Shown: positions 27,319-38,859, counted from the first letter of the stretch. The stretch is 64,000 nucleotides of DNA from a bacterium (GCA_030647555.1 JAUSJG010000024.1:3878-67877); one strand, 5' to 3'. Notes: generated by a model from the sequence alone, not told the origin. Made by a program: numbers and translations.

Positions 27319-29526
27319 TTACTTTCCCAGCTTTTTTTCGACACGCTTAAGTAGCACGGCGTTACTAGCCACAATAATCGAGGAGGCGGACATTAACAAC
27401 GCGGCAACTTCGGGCCGTAACGAAATGCCAAACGATGAATAAAATACACCCGCCGCAACAGGAATAGCCAGGATATTATAAATCGCCGCCCAAAATAGAT
27501 TCTGCTTCATTTTTGTCACCGTCGCTTTGCTTAGAATAATCGCCGAAACAATGTCTGCCGGATCAGACTTCATTAAAACAATATTGGCCGTTTCTATCGC
27601 CACATCCGTTCCCGCACCAATGGCAATGCCGATATCGGCTTGTGCCAAGGCCGGCGCGTCATTAATCCCGTCCCCCACCATCGCGACAAATTTTCCTTCC
27701 CCTTGCAGTTGCTTAACGTGTTTTGCTTTATCACCCGGTAGCACTTGGGCGAAGTAGCGTTGAATATTCAATTCAACGGCAACTTTTTTTGCCACTGCTT
27801 CCAGATCTCCCGTAATCATTACCACATCAATCCCCATTTTTTGCAATTGAGTCACGGCGGATTTTGCCGTCGATTTAATTTTATCGGCAACTCCAATCAC
27901 GCCCGCAATTTCGCCATCCAACGCGAGAATACTGATTGTATTACCGCCATTTGCCAAACGATCCATCTCCGCCTTAAGTGACAAAACATCAACCCCGTTT
28001 TTTTCCATCAGACGCTCCGTTCCGGCCAATACCGTTCGCCCATCAATTGTCACCGCAATGCCGTAGCCGCCAATGGAATTAAAATTTTCCACTTTTCTAT
28101 TCATTTCAACTTTACGTTTTTTTGCTTCTTCAATTATAGCCGCACTGATTGGGTGATTGGAGTTTTGTTCCGCCACTGCGGCAAAAGACAACATTTCTTC
28201 CACTGCAAGTCCTTGACGCGCCACAATTTCCGTTACCTGCGGTTTACCTTCAGTCAGCGTACCGGTTTTGTCCAAAACAATCGCTGTTAATTTGGAGGTA
28301 TTTTCCAACGTTGCCGCGTCTTTAATTAAAATATTATGCTTGGCGCCAATCCCCGTCCCCACCGCCACCGCCGTAGGGGTAGCTAACCCCAAAGCGTCCG
28401 GACAAGCAATCACAACCGCAGAAACGGCAAATGTGAGTGCTGTCATTAAAGTTGCGCCAGCGATAAAATACCAACCGAAAAAAGTGGCGATGCCGGAACC
28501 GATCGCCAATACCACCAACCACGCCGCGGCCTTGTCCGCAATTCTTTGCCCTGGCGCTTTTGAGTTTTGGGCGGTCTCCACCATTTTTATAATCTGCGCC
28601 AAAACAGTGTCACTTCCGACTTTTACCGCTTTAAATTTAATCGCTCCTGTTAAATTAATTGCTCCCCCAATGACTTTGTCGCCGATTTTTTTCGTTACCG
28701 GAATTGATTCACCCGTTACCAGCGATTCATCGATAGAAGACTCCCCTTCGGTCACTTCACCGTCAACCGGAATTTTATCGCCAGGCTTCAGGATTACCGT
28801 GTCTCCTTCAACAATTTCGGCACTTTGGATCATAACTTCTTTGCCAGCCCGTAAAACCCGCGCTTGCGGAGGAACTAAATCAAACAAGGCCCTTAGAGAA
28901 TCCGAGGTTCCTCGACGCGACTTCATTTCCATCCAATGCCCAAACAAAACAAATGTAACCAACAGGGCAGCGGCCTCATAAAAAGTTTCCGCGCCGCCCA
29001 ACAGTGTTAAGACGACACTAAAAATATAGGCAGCTAAAACACCAGTCGAAATTAAGACAGACATGTTTAGCTTCCTTACTTTCAGGGAATAGTATGTTCC
29101 AGTGATAAAAATTGATCCCGCCCAAAAAACTATCGGCGTTGTAAGGATAAACAACAGCCAATTAACCGGAATAGGGGTTGGCAAATTAAGCTTAAAAAAA
29201 TTAATCCCTACCGGTGAATACAAAAATATCGGGATAGATAAAATTAGTGATATCAAAAAACGGCGGCGCATGTCCGCCTCCATTTTTTTTGCCAACTGCG
29301 GGTTTGTCATTGCCGATTCGTGATCTTGATGATTCATCTTTGACATATCTTCCTTTTTTGATTCACCCGGCATCTTCATATCACCCATCTTGTGATCACT
29401 TTTACCGCCTGGTTTATTTTTAGGAATCAACTCCATTCCGCAAGCAGGACAGCGACCAGGTTCGTCCTTCAAAACTTGCGGATGCATCGGACATGTATAA
29501 ATTATCGTGTTTGTTTTGTGATTCAT
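27319..29526 (-). CDS. Copper-translocating P1B-type ATPase with CPD motif
   Basis: YTCPMHP..CPACGM metal-binding domain, [31 protein letters not shown] and MSASS motifs. Confidence 0.95.
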   Translation of the reverse strand: MNHKTNTIIYTCPMHPQVLKDEPGRCPACGMELIPKNKPGGKSDHKMGDMKMPGESKKEDMSKMNHQDHESAMTNPQLAKKMEADMRRRFLISLILSIPIFLYSPVGINFFKLNLPTPIPVNWLLFILTTPIVFWAGSIFITGTYYSLKVRKLNMSVLISTGVLAAYIFSVVLTLLGGAETFYEAAALLVTFVLFGHWMEMKSRRGTSDSLRALFDLVPPQARVLRAGKEVMIQSAEIVEGDTVILKPGDKIPVDGEVTEGESSIDESLVTGESIPVTKKIGDKVIGGAINLTGAIKFKAVKVGSDTVLAQIIKMVETAQNSKAPGQRIADKAAAWLVVLAIGSGIATFFGWYFIAGATLMTALTFAVSAVVIACPDALGLATPTAVAVGTGIGAKHNILIKDAATLENTSKLTAIVLDKTGTLTEGKPQVTEIVARQGLAVEEMLSFAAVAEQNSNHPISAAIIEEAKKRKVEMNRKVENFNSIGGYGIAVTIDGRTVLAGTERLMEKNGVDVLSLKAEMDRLANGGNTISILALDGEIAGVIGVADKIKSTAKSAVTQLQKMGIDVVMITGDLEAVAKKVAVELNIQRYFAQVLPGDKAKHVKQLQGEGKFVAMVGDGINDAPALAQADIGIAIGAGTDVAIETANIVLMKSDPADIVSAIILSKATVTKMKQNLFWAAIYNILAIPVAAGVFYSSFGISLRPEVAALLMSASSIIVASNAVLLKRVEKKLGK

Positions 29527-30545
29527 TTTTGTAGTGAGTGGCTTATTATTTCAATATTACAACTACTGTGCTCCTTGCACCACTGCTCACATTTTTTCAT
29601 CCATTCTATGTCTTCATACCAAAGTTTACATTCAGGACACTGATACAGTTCCCCCTGTATTTCTTTTGAATTATTATTAATTGATAAATTTATGTTATTT
29701 TTTTCATCGTCCTTTTTTACTAACACAACAAAACGATAAACAAGATAAACCAAGCCCAAACCAACCACAATATTTGCCAGTGGCCAGCGTTCCGTCCACC
29801 TCGTAACCGCCCAGGCGACATTATTAACGATTGGCGATGGTCCTACGGGCATTGCTAATTTTCCGGTAAACACCAACCCGAGGGTAACGAAACCAACTCC
29901 GAAAAACATAATCGCCGCCAAAAGATTAGTGATTAACACTGGATACTTATTACCACCCAAACTAATTATGAATAGTTGTTTGCGAAAAATTGGCCGGGCG
30001 AGAAAATTCCCGCGTTCAATAAATAAGGCGGCTAGATACAGCGGTGCCACCATTCCCAACACATAAGCCAATCCAACAGACAAGGCCTGTAACAGCGACC
30101 CCGAAAGCGAGCTAATTGTTAAAACTCCCACCAGAACCGGCGCGCAACATGCCGAAGTCACACCCGCCACTAAACCAAGTACGAATGTCGACAAAATATC
30201 CGTACCTCCTTTTGGCCGATTAAAATGCGGCATCGGCAACTTAATACCAAACAGGGCAAAAAATGCGGTAGCCACCATTAAAACACCGCCAACAATATAG
30301 GTCTGATCATGAAACCGGAAGAAAAATTCAGACAATATCTTGGCGCCCAAAACAATCGGTAAAATTACGGCAAATATTCCTAAAGCATAAATGCCTGTCA
30401 TCAATAAAATTTTTCTTTTTTCTTTAAAGACATTGCCCAAATACGCTGGTAACAAATACGATATGCAACAGGGCGCAAAGAGTGCCACCATTCCGGCAAC
30501 AAACGCTGCAATCAACGAAACTTGATATAAAGCTGTCGGGTTCAT
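29523..30545 (-). CDS. CcdA/DsbD-like membrane thiol transporter with C-terminal Cys-rich tail
   Basis: FAPCC and SACCAP TM motifs; tail YQCPECKLWY...CEQWCKEHSSC. Confidence 0.8.
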   Translation of the reverse strand: MNPTALYQVSLIAAFVAGMVALFAPCCISYLLPAYLGNVFKEKRKILLMTGIYALGIFAVILPIVLGAKILSEFFFRFHDQTYIVGGVLMVATAFFALFGIKLPMPHFNRPKGGTDILSTFVLGLVAGVTSACCAPVLVGVLTISSLSGSLLQALSVGLAYVLGMVAPLYLAALFIERGNFLARPIFRKQLFIISLGGNKYPVLITNLLAAIMFFGVGFVTLGLVFTGKLAMPVGPSPIVNNVAWAVTRWTERWPLANIVVGLGLVYLVYRFVVLVKKDDEKNNINLSINNNSKEIQGELYQCPECKLWYEDIEWMKKCEQWCKEHSSCNIEIISHSLQK

Positions 30546-30557
30546 AATTATTATTGA

Positions 30558-31514
30558 TTAAGCGCCACAAGCGGCACCGGCACCACCAACGCCCGGCGTA
30601 TTGCCTATTTTTGCCTTGATCGCTTTATATCCGGCTGCTGAACTATACTCAGATGACAAAACTTGCTTGGAATCAACATCCGCCCACGTTGTGTTGTTGT
30701 TTTTCTGAAAATAATACGCAAGGTCAACATACGTTTGGCTAAACCAATACGAATTAAATGCCAACACCGCGCGGTAAATTTCTTCTTCGGAAAAATTCTG
30801 ACTAACCATCAACTCCACAAGTCCAAGTGCTGCCATACCGTGATTACAATCCGGAAACGCCGTCGAATTGTTGCAACAGGGTCGATAAATACCGGCACTT
30901 ATTTTCTTCACTGTTTCTTGTTGAACGACAGTCAGTGGAATAATCGTTTCCTTACCATATAATTCAAGTGCTGGTTTTGCACCCAGCGTCCACCCGCCTG
31001 TCGACGCTAAGTTGCCAAGATCTCTTGGGTAATTTTTTTTCATGTCTTCCAAAACCAAAGACTGCTGATTAAGACCCAAGGCCCACAACGTGTTTACCCA
31101 AAAATAGGCATTATCCGCATTGACCGTAATGCCATCATTTTTTTCTTCCGTTAGATATGTCATATCATCCTTGTATTTTTCATCCATATAGTTTTTACGA
31201 AATTTTTCCAGATCAATTGCGCCATTTTCAACTAATTTTTTTCCAGTATTTCCCCATTTAACACTGAATTTAAAGCCGTCTTTGGGAACAACCGTTTCCT
31301 GTATTTTGTTCATCGTCTCTTTTTCTTCCGCTGTTGGAGCATTCACCTCAACAATATTTTTTTTCGGGTTATCTGCTTTTACCGTTACTTTCTTGTTTAC
31401 AGGCGTACCTGCTTTCAAAACAAAAACAAGAATAAGCACAGCAACACCGACATAAAATAAAATTATCAAGAAGGGAACTGGCTTTACTCTAAATAAACTA
31501 TTTGGCGTGGTCAT
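30558..31514 (-). CDS. Membrane-anchored extracytoplasmic protein with Cys/His cluster, function unknown
   Basis: N-terminal TM helix; IYRPCCNNSTAFPDCNHGM; C-terminal GGAGAACGA. Confidence 0.7.
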   Translation of the reverse strand: MTTPNSLFRVKPVPFLIILFYVGVAVLILVFVLKAGTPVNKKVTVKADNPKKNIVEVNAPTAEEKETMNKIQETVVPKDGFKFSVKWGNTGKKLVENGAIDLEKFRKNYMDEKYKDDMTYLTEEKNDGITVNADNAYFWVNTLWALGLNQQSLVLEDMKKNYPRDLGNLASTGGWTLGAKPALELYGKETIIPLTVVQQETVKKISAGIYRPCCNNSTAFPDCNHGMAALGLVELMVSQNFSEEEIYRAVLAFNSYWFSQTYVDLAYYFQKNNNTTWADVDSKQVLSSEYSSAAGYKAIKAKIGNTPGVGGAGAACGA

Positions 31515-31516
31515 GG

Positions 31517-32011
31517 TTAGCGCGCTACGAATGCGGTCAAAGAAAATGATAACTGCGAATTATTCGTATCATTTGTACTCACTAATACGCGGCGCGAAAT
31601 TGCCCCCACACCGTTTGGTCCGTGAAACGCGGGGTCAAAAACCACTTTCAGCTCCGCTTTTTTCCCCACCGGAACAACCATCACGTACGGCGATTTCGTG
31701 TTCATTCCAAACAACGGCGATGATTCCCCGTCAAGCAACAACTGAGCGGTTGTACAGTGACATGAGGTGTTTGCGTTATATAATTTCAAATCGGACGTCC
31801 CCGTGTTTTCGATATTAAATTTCGCCTCTACCTTGCCATTTTGCATACTGATATTGCCCCAGTCGTAAACAGACTTATCGACACGCAATTTTGCATCATT
31901 GTTGAATGACACATTCTGCGGCGTGGAAACTTTTGCGTTGATAAACAGTCCACCCACCATTATCGCCACACTAACTGCGATCACTCCAATTATTAATTTT
32001 TTGTCACTCAT
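31517..32011 (-). CDS. DUF1573-domain protein
   Basis: FNIENTG..DL......TSCHCT, FDPAFHGPNG. Confidence 0.8.
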   Translation of the reverse strand: MSDKKLIIGVIAVSVAIMVGGLFINAKVSTPQNVSFNNDAKLRVDKSVYDWGNISMQNGKVEAKFNIENTGTSDLKLYNANTSCHCTTAQLLLDGESSPLFGMNTKSPYVMVVPVGKKAELKVVFDPAFHGPNGVGAISRRVLVSTNDTNNSQLSFSLTAFVAR

Positions 32012-32046
32012 ATTTTTTTGTTAGAAACAATAACGTTGAAGTTTCT

Positions 32047-34989
32047 TTATCGGCCGACTTTATTTTTCACGCCTTGCTCCTGTTTTGTAACATTTGGTTT
32101 TTCAGACATATCCGAACTCAAACGCGCAAACTCAATAAACAAACCGGTGAAAAGCAATACCATAACTATCGGAGCAATAATTGATAACCAATTTTTTCTA
32201 CTCGGCTTAAATCTTCGCAGTAACATCGAATTGGCAACGACGGAAATAGAACTCAAAGCCATTGCCAAGCCGGCCAATTCTGGCTTCAATACTAAACCGA
32301 GCCCCATAAATACTCGCGCCGCCACCGGAATCCCAATAACATTATAAAACAGGGCGAAAAACATATTCTGACGGATTTTACCCATCGTTTCGCGCGAAAG
32401 TTCCATTGCCGTCACAACATCGCGTAAATCGTTTTTAATTATGACGATTCCACCTGTTTCCATGGCCACGTCGGTACCCGAACCCATAGCAATCCCCAAG
32501 TTAGCTTGTGCCAATGCCGGTGCGTCATTGATGCCGTCACCCACCATCGCCACCACTTTTCCTTGTTCTTGCAGTTTTTTCACTTCGTTGGCTTTATCTT
32601 GCGGAAGCACTTCGGCCAAGACATTCGTAATCCCAACCTGCTTAGCAATAACTACCGCCGTTCGACTGTTATCGCCTGTAATCATGTAAACAGCAATACC
32701 TCGCTTCTTTAACTTAGTTACCGCCTCCAGCGAAGTATCTTTAATCGTATCTGCCACGGCGACAGCGCCCAAAATTTCTTTCTCGTCCGCCAAAATCATC
32801 ACGGTTTTCCCTTGTTCTTCCGTCTTAGAAATTTTTCTGTTTATTTTTTCCGTACTCAAACCAACCACGTCGGTCATCAATTTTCTATTACCAAAATAAT
32901 ACTTCTTACCGCCAATACGACCTTCCACGCCATGGCCGGGAATAGCACTGAAATCGGTTACTTCATCAATATCGATTTGTTCTTCCTCGGCGTACTTGCA
33001 AACGGCTTCTGCCAAAGGATGCTCTGATAATTTTTCGAGAGAAGCCGACATACGAATCACTTCTTCTTCATCCATTTGCGCGAGTGTGAGAATATCCGTT
33101 ACTTCCGGTTTGCCGTTCGTTAATGTCCCGGTTTTATCGAAAACAATGGCATTAATTTTTTCGGCCGCCTCCAACGGTTCACCGCCTTTAATGAGAATAC
33201 CGTGTTCGGCACCCTTACCGGTGCCAACCATCACTGCCGTCGGCGTGGCCAAACCCAATGCGCAGGGGCAAGCAATTACAATCACGGCCGTAAACGCCAT
33301 TAAGGAAAAGCCGATGGTCGCGCCCAGCACGAAATACCAAATGACAAACGTGAGTATGGCGATACCGATAACCACCGGGACAAACACCGCCGAAATACGG
33401 TCGGCAAAAGCCTGGATCGGCGCTTTGGAAGACTGCGCGTCTTCAATTAATTTGATAATTTGCGAAAGCGTCGTTTCTGAACCGATTTTTGTCGCGCGAA
33501 ATTCAAAACTACCTGTTTTATTAATCGTTGCGCCAATAACGACATCGTCGACCCGCTTTTCCACCGGCAAACTCTCTCCCGTAATCATCGATTCGTCCAA
33601 TGCCGATGAACCTTTGGTAATAACACCATCCACCGGTACTTTTTCTCCGGGACGCACCATGATAATATCGCCATGTATAAGATCATCGACAAGAACATCA
33701 ACTGTCTTACCGTCACGGACAACGCGCGCGGTTTTAGGCTGTAACCCAACCAATTTTTTAATCGCATCGCTCGTTCTGCCCTTGGCTTTCATTTCCAACC
33801 ATTTACCAAGCAAGACAAAAGTAATCAAGAAGGCGGCTGTCTCAAAATAAAGATCCGGTATTTTACCCCCGTTAATACCCAAGATTGTTCCAAAGTTATA
33901 TTTGAACGCCACAAAATTAAATAGACTGTAGAAGAAAGCAGTGGACGTACCGATGGCGATTAAGCTGTCCATGTTAAATGTCTTCATTTTCAGCGAAGAC
34001 CACATTCCTTTATAAAAACCCGCGCCGGCATAGAACTGAACCGGCAATGTGAGCGCTAACGAAATTATTCCAACATAGGGTGGGAAGACGTTGCCCCCGG
34101 GTAGCCACTTGAAAAAGTCCAACAACATGAAATAAAACATCGGTAGCGACAGCACAAAACTGAACATGAACTTGTCGAATAGGCTTTTCGTTTCCAATGC
34201 CCGCTTTTTTTGTTCAAATTCACTGTCCTTGGTATCTATTTCCGATGCCCGATAACCGGCTTTTTTTACCGCATTAATGAGCTCAGCGATACCGGCCGAA
34301 TTTTCATCAAACGTTATCGCGGCTTTTTCCGCGGCAAAATTCACACTGGCCTGTTTCACGCCCGGCACCTTCTTTAAAGTTTTTTCAATTACCCCCGCGC
34401 ATGATGCACAGTGCATACCGGAAAGAGAAAGATTAATCCTTCGGTTGGCATTTTTACCTTCTGTCTTTTTTACCGTAATCTCATTTTCTGTGCGTTTTTC
34501 TGCATCAACACTGCCCAACATTTGCGGTACTCCCAACGCTTCCATGCTTTTCAGCATCCGTTCAGCAAAGTTTTTCAAATCGGCCTGTTCCGGAAAAACA
34601 AACTCTCCCGTTTTATTGTTTCGTATTTTTCCATGGAAACTCGGTTGACCTTTTTCATCGTTTACAATAACACCTTCCGCTTCAATTTGCGTTTCCAGTT
34701 TTATCTTCACGTTTTTTCCTTCGACTTTTTCCAATTCAATGTTTTCTTTTTTATCATCACCAATAGCAACATCCGTCGTAATTTCAGCCGTGTAATTATT
34801 CTCTTTGATTACCGCCAATATTTTTTCCGTACTTACTTTTTCAGTATCCAACAAAACATCCGCGCTTTTCTTTTCAAAACTTACTTCCACTTTTTCAACC
34901 CCTGGGAGTTCACTAATCGCCAGTTGCAATATCTTCTCACAGGAAGCACAGTGCATCCCGGAAATTTTTAGACCAATTTGTTGCTTCAT
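32047..34989 (-). CDS. copA: Cu(I)-exporting P1B-1 ATPase with two HMA domains
   Basis: Two [30 protein letters not shown] and MALSS motifs. Confidence 0.95.
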   Translation of the reverse strand: MKQQIGLKISGMHCASCEKILQLAISELPGVEKVEVSFEKKSADVLLDTEKVSTEKILAVIKENNYTAEITTDVAIGDDKKENIELEKVEGKNVKIKLETQIEAEGVIVNDEKGQPSFHGKIRNNKTGEFVFPEQADLKNFAERMLKSMEALGVPQMLGSVDAEKRTENEITVKKTEGKNANRRINLSLSGMHCASCAGVIEKTLKKVPGVKQASVNFAAEKAAITFDENSAGIAELINAVKKAGYRASEIDTKDSEFEQKKRALETKSLFDKFMFSFVLSLPMFYFMLLDFFKWLPGGNVFPPYVGIISLALTLPVQFYAGAGFYKGMWSSLKMKTFNMDSLIAIGTSTAFFYSLFNFVAFKYNFGTILGINGGKIPDLYFETAAFLITFVLLGKWLEMKAKGRTSDAIKKLVGLQPKTARVVRDGKTVDVLVDDLIHGDIIMVRPGEKVPVDGVITKGSSALDESMITGESLPVEKRVDDVVIGATINKTGSFEFRATKIGSETTLSQIIKLIEDAQSSKAPIQAFADRISAVFVPVVIGIAILTFVIWYFVLGATIGFSLMAFTAVIVIACPCALGLATPTAVMVGTGKGAEHGILIKGGEPLEAAEKINAIVFDKTGTLTNGKPEVTDILTLAQMDEEEVIRMSASLEKLSEHPLAEAVCKYAEEEQIDIDEVTDFSAIPGHGVEGRIGGKKYYFGNRKLMTDVVGLSTEKINRKISKTEEQGKTVMILADEKEILGAVAVADTIKDTSLEAVTKLKKRGIAVYMITGDNSRTAVVIAKQVGITNVLAEVLPQDKANEVKKLQEQGKVVAMVGDGINDAPALAQANLGIAMGSGTDVAMETGGIVIIKNDLRDVVTAMELSRETMGKIRQNMFFALFYNVIGIPVAARVFMGLGLVLKPELAGLAMALSSISVVANSMLLRRFKPSRKNWLSIIAPIVMVLLFTGLFIEFARLSSDMSEKPNVTKQEQGVKNKVGR

Positions 34990-34993
34990 ATGA

Positions 34994-35194
34994 TTAAGAA
35001 ACCTTATAGCTCAAGGTTGCGAGCGCCGTCTGCAACTCATCTTTTGAAACTTCGCGATTCGCGGTAACGGCGCCGTTACCAGCCAAATCGACAGTAATTC
35101 CTTGTATTCCGTTTACTTTTTCCAAGGACTTTTCAATCAGCTTTACGCACGATTGGCAGGTCATTCCTGAAACTTTGAAATTTGTTGTATACAT
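34994..35194 (-). CDS. copZ: CopZ-like HMA metallochaperone
   Basis: 66 aa, GMTCQSC. Confidence 0.85.
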   Translation of the reverse strand: MYTTNFKVSGMTCQSCVKLIEKSLEKVNGIQGITVDLAGNGAVTANREVSKDELQTALATLSYKVS

Positions 35195-35220
35195 TGATTT
35201 GGTGAAGGTTATTGAATTAT

Positions 35221-35262
35221 TATACCTATACCTAGGGTACAGGTACCCTATAAATATGTCAA
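35221..35262 (-). promoter_or_regulatory. Promoter with overlapping TACC-N9-GGTA pseudo-palindromes, candidate CsoR operator
   Basis: Minus strand TTGACA-17 nt-TACCCT, with the -10 inside GGGTACCTGTACCCTAGGTATAGGTATA. Confidence 0.6.
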
Positions 35263-35271
35263 CCCCCCCCC

Positions 35272-36990
35272 TTAGATGACCACGATAACTCCTCGCGGGA
35301 CGCCCATGGCACAGGTAATCTGATACGACCCTTTTTCGGGCGTAAAATTAAACCTGACCGTCTTCCCCTTCTCAAGAAACGTCGGACTATCAACCAAGCC
35401 TGGAATCATAATCGTACTCATACAACCCTGCCCATCCGCCTTTACATCAACATCAAATTGCACCGGCTTTCCGGCCGTAACTGTAAATTGGTTAGGATAA
35501 ATGTCTTCCTGTGGCGAAAGAAATGTGGTTTTGATTAACTGGACACCGGGAATAGAAGCACTATTTTGAGCCTCAATTGTCGGTACTGGAGAAACAACAG
35601 GCTGTTTTGTCACGGCACTTGTTTTTTGTCCCCCAACTGCACTTTCAACGACATTGAATTTGCCAGTAAACATCCCCATAGAGCACGTAAACTTTATTTC
35701 TCCAACCTCTTTCGGTGTAAACTCAATCGTGTTTGCTCCCGGTTGAAGCTGTTTTCGGATACCCAATTTGGGAATCATAAAACTTGCGGCGCAAGTGTTG
35801 ACATTTTCCGAATTAATGACCAAGCGCACCGGTACGCCTTTTTTGATCGTGAACGAGTTGGGTGAATACCCTAATGCTCCCTGCTTCATTTGCAGAACCT
35901 GAAAGCCGTTTTCCGTGGTCGCAACGTCACCATTTGCTGTTGTCCCACTGCCACTGAACTTCCAGAAACTCGGCCAACCGGTTAAATTGTAGCCGTTCGC
36001 AATATTCAAAAAAGCTAACCCGACAACAACCACACCGGCAAATTTGAAAAACTTTTTAGCAAAAGACCCCTTAATTAGCGAAGTAAAACCACCCACACCA
36101 AGTAGTCCTGGAGCCGTTCCCAACGCAAAGGTACCCATAATCATCGCCCCCGAAGTAAAACTTCCCGTACTCATTGCAAATAGTTGCATCGCTTGCGTGA
36201 AACCACAAGGCAAGAAAAATGTCAGCGCGCCGATCAACGCGGAATTACCATGACTATATTCTTTCTCATGCCGACCACGCAGTCCCAATAACTTAGCAAT
36301 TCCGGACGGTAAAGTCAGTCCGGTAGCGGAAAGCCGTGGAAAAATTTCCGTGAGTTGTGCCCCCAAAACAAACATTACAACCCCCACAACAATCATCATA
36401 ATTCCCAAAGACGGTCCGGAAAATTGAAAAGCCTTACCCAAAATACCAATCACACCACCCAATAACGTATAAGAAATAATTCGACCCAGATTGAAAAAGA
36501 AGTGCGGTCGAAATTTTTGCATTGGTGTTGCTTCCGGGTGCTTCTCGGCATGACGTGCAGAAACACCCAAAACCAGACCACCAACCAGAGCCATACATGT
36601 TGATACCCCAGCCGTTAAACCAACCATTAGAACAACTAAAAGACTAGAAGGGTTACTGCCGGAGCCAACATTCAAATTTAGCAGTCCCGCCCACTTTGCC
36701 AGAAAAAACAATACACCTGTCAGAACAACCGCATCCAATAACTCACGATAATCTTTAGGATTACTACTAAGCCAATTTTTTGCATCATCTTTTCCAACCG
36801 CGTACCCGGCATCACTAACGGCCCGTCGCACTTTTTCCATGTCTAACAACTCACTGGAGTGAATAGTTGCTTCCTTGCTACGAACACTAACCTCTACCTG
36901 GTTAACCCCGGGAACAGTTCGCAAATTATCCCCAACTAAAATTTCACACGAACGACAATGCATTCCCTTAATCGGAACAATGGTTTTCAT
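35272..36990 (-). CDS. HMA + DsbD_2 (sulfite exporter-like) membrane domain + two cupredoxin-like domains
   Basis: GMHCRSC; STCMALVGG and FFLPCGFTQ; FTCSMGM and ITCAMG. Confidence 0.85.
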   Translation of the reverse strand: MKTIVPIKGMHCRSCEILVGDNLRTVPGVNQVEVSVRSKEATIHSSELLDMEKVRRAVSDAGYAVGKDDAKNWLSSNPKDYRELLDAVVLTGVLFFLAKWAGLLNLNVGSGSNPSSLLVVLMVGLTAGVSTCMALVGGLVLGVSARHAEKHPEATPMQKFRPHFFFNLGRIISYTLLGGVIGILGKAFQFSGPSLGIMMIVVGVVMFVLGAQLTEIFPRLSATGLTLPSGIAKLLGLRGRHEKEYSHGNSALIGALTFFLPCGFTQAMQLFAMSTGSFTSGAMIMGTFALGTAPGLLGVGGFTSLIKGSFAKKFFKFAGVVVVGLAFLNIANGYNLTGWPSFWKFSGSGTTANGDVATTENGFQVLQMKQGALGYSPNSFTIKKGVPVRLVINSENVNTCAASFMIPKLGIRKQLQPGANTIEFTPKEVGEIKFTCSMGMFTGKFNVVESAVGGQKTSAVTKQPVVSPVPTIEAQNSASIPGVQLIKTTFLSPQEDIYPNQFTVTAGKPVQFDVDVKADGQGCMSTIMIPGLVDSPTFLEKGKTVRFNFTPEKGSYQITCAMGVPRGVIVVI

Positions 36991-37012
36991 AAGTTTGTAT
37001 TTTGGTTAAGCA

Positions 37013-37285
37013 CTATTTGTTAACTAGAGTTGTCACACGGAGAATTTCTTCCACCATTTCTTGTTTTTTCTCCTCGTTACTGGTCTTCATCGCATTCTTA
37101 AAACAAGTATTCAAATGGCCCTCCATTAGCATTTGATGAGCGGATTTAAGCAGGCCAATGACAGCCAAATTTTGTTGCATAATATCAACACAATATTCGC
37201 CATCTTCGATCATTTTAATGATGTTATCGAGATGAGTACGCGCCTTCTTGAAGTTGATGATGGTTTTTTCGTGATATTGATCCAT
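37013..37285 (-). CDS. csoR: CsoR/RcnR-family metal-sensing repressor
   Basis: YCVDIMQQ and HLNTC (C-H-C ligand set). Confidence 0.88.
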   Translation of the reverse strand: MDQYHEKTIINFKKARTHLDNIIKMIEDGEYCVDIMQQNLAVIGLLKSAHQMLMEGHLNTCFKNAMKTSNEEKKQEMVEEILRVTTLVNK

Positions 37286-37310
37286 AAAAAGTTGGGTTTA
37301 AGGTTCTTGT

Positions 37311-37371
37311 GTACACCCACCTATGGTGGAGGTTTACCATTGAGAATAAGTCCCTTCGTTCTTTCTGTCAA
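37311..37371 (-). promoter_or_regulatory. csoR promoter and candidate operator
   Basis: Minus strand TTGACA-17 nt-TATTCT; palindrome CCACC-TAT-GGTGG at 37317-37329 just downstream. Confidence 0.6.
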
Positions 37372-37375
37372 ACTA

Positions 37376-38146
37376 TCACTCCGTCCTTTCCACCACAATC
37401 ATGACTTTTTCAATTTTTATTATTTCTTCCTTATAACCGCTAGGATATTTCCTAATCGCCTCAAATAAAATTTTTTCTTTATATCGATACCCATTCCCTT
37501 TCCCAATACCTGGATCATTGGTGATAAATTCCCCAGTTCCTACGTCATAGCCCTTAATTACCAGCATATGTTCCGTCGGCCCCGGTTGTGTAAAATATGG
37601 GTTGCCTAATTTTTGACCATTCACGGGCACTAACACCAGATTCCCCTTAAAAAGTTCTGCTTTGATATCCACCGTTTGAATATTCGCCTGGTACCTTACG
37701 TTTGGATATTTAAAATAATCGCGCATTAGTTTAGCCAAATCCTCCGCCGATTGATCCAAATAAAATCCGTAATGCGCTTTTGAATAATCGGAAATTTTTT
37801 GTATTTCCACGAACGCTTCTTCACTGGTTAGCGACTTGCCTTCCACCCACCGCATCGCCATCAAAATACTGGCCTCCTCGCAAGCGTTTTGATAAACAGG
37901 ATCTTTCCAATTGTGGCGTGGCGCTTGAACAATAAACGGTACATCAAACAGAACACTCTTTGTTTGATTTGGTACCAACGTTGGAGGGGTTGTCGGCCGA
38001 TTAGTTAGTTTCGGTGAAACAAGCAAAACGGGTTCTGTTTTAGAAGTCGCTTGAATATTAATTTTTTCTTGAGTCATTCTTGGCACAAACAGCCAAACAA
38101 CGATAATTATCACCGCAATTAACCCGGCAACAATTAATTTCTTCAT
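37376..38146 (-). CDS. Peptidase C39-like family protein; probable start 38146
   Basis: VPFIVQAP, ACEEAS, HMLVIKGYD and ITNDPG motifs; N-terminal TM helix. Confidence 0.85.
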   Translation of the reverse strand: MKKLIVAGLIAVIIIVVWLFVPRMTQEKINIQATSKTEPVLLVSPKLTNRPTTPPTLVPNQTKSVLFDVPFIVQAPRHNWKDPVYQNACEEASILMAMRWVEGKSLTSEEAFVEIQKISDYSKAHYGFYLDQSAEDLAKLMRDYFKYPNVRYQANIQTVDIKAELFKGNLVLVPVNGQKLGNPYFTQPGPTEHMLVIKGYDVGTGEFITNDPGIGKGNGYRYKEKILFEAIRKYPSGYKEEIIKIEKVMIVVERTE

Positions 38147-38173
38147 TAATTCAGTATTACACAAAAAACCACA

Positions 38174-38207
38174 ATTAAGGTCCGACCTTTATAGGTCGGA
38201 CCTTAAT
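38174..38207. repeat. REP-like palindrome AGGTCCGACCT family, copy 1
   Basis: ATTAAGGTCCGACCT-TTAT-AGGTCGGACCTTAAT. Confidence 0.85.
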
Positions 38208-38223
38208 GCGACGCTTTAATTTC

Positions 38224-38787
38224 TTAAGCTGTTTTTTCTTTTTCTCTAAACCCGTACCAACCGGCTACCAATACCAACACAAACAAGGCAATCACCGTCA
38301 CCAGCCGCATCAGTTCCGCCGAAAGCATCCAAAGTTGGGTAATAGAAATGAAGAAAGAGACAATTCCACCCAAAACCAGCCCAACTGGAAGCACTCTTAT
38401 TTGGCGCATAAAAGCACTGGATGCGACGGCCAAAGCGCCACCAATCGCAAAAACAAACAGTGAGACTTGTGTACTCTTTTCCGATTGAATATCCCGTGCT
38501 CGTTCAAAACTAAGCGGCCCCTGACAATAAGGTTGTGGTTTTTCGTTTGGCGCGACCGGCATGGCATTCTTCCCGCCAACGTCCTGCGAAACCGTCACCC
38601 AACGACCACCAGCCACAGAACACTTTTCCTGTGTACTGATATCCGGATAAGGTTCATTCACTGGTGATGGCGGAGGCGCGATTTGCGTCGCGATACTCCG
38701 CAGTACCAGCAAAAATAATAACCCTACGGCGACGGCATAAGCGCCACCCAAGAAACCCCCGCCTATTTTCTTAATATTGGTATCCAT
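38224..38787 (-). CDS. Hypothetical membrane protein; probable start 38787
   Basis: Four TM helices and a C...GGRW...C loop; TATAAT just before the ATG. Confidence 0.7.
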   Translation of the reverse strand: MDTNIKKIGGGFLGGAYAVAVGLLFLLVLRSIATQIAPPPSPVNEPYPDISTQEKCSVAGGRWVTVSQDVGGKNAMPVAPNEKPQPYCQGPLSFERARDIQSEKSTQVSLFVFAIGGALAVASSAFMRQIRVLPVGLVLGGIVSFFISITQLWMLSAELMRLVTVIALFVLVLVAGWYGFREKEKTA

Positions 38788-38859
38788 GGGGTAGATTATA
38801 CACCCCATTTCAAATAATATTCTATGTCGACAACGGCAGGGTTGTAACACTAAATTAGC

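Noticed and set aside
28268-33850. Long plus-strand ORFs 28268..28981 and 32996..33850
   Set aside because: Antisense shadows of the two P-type ATPases.
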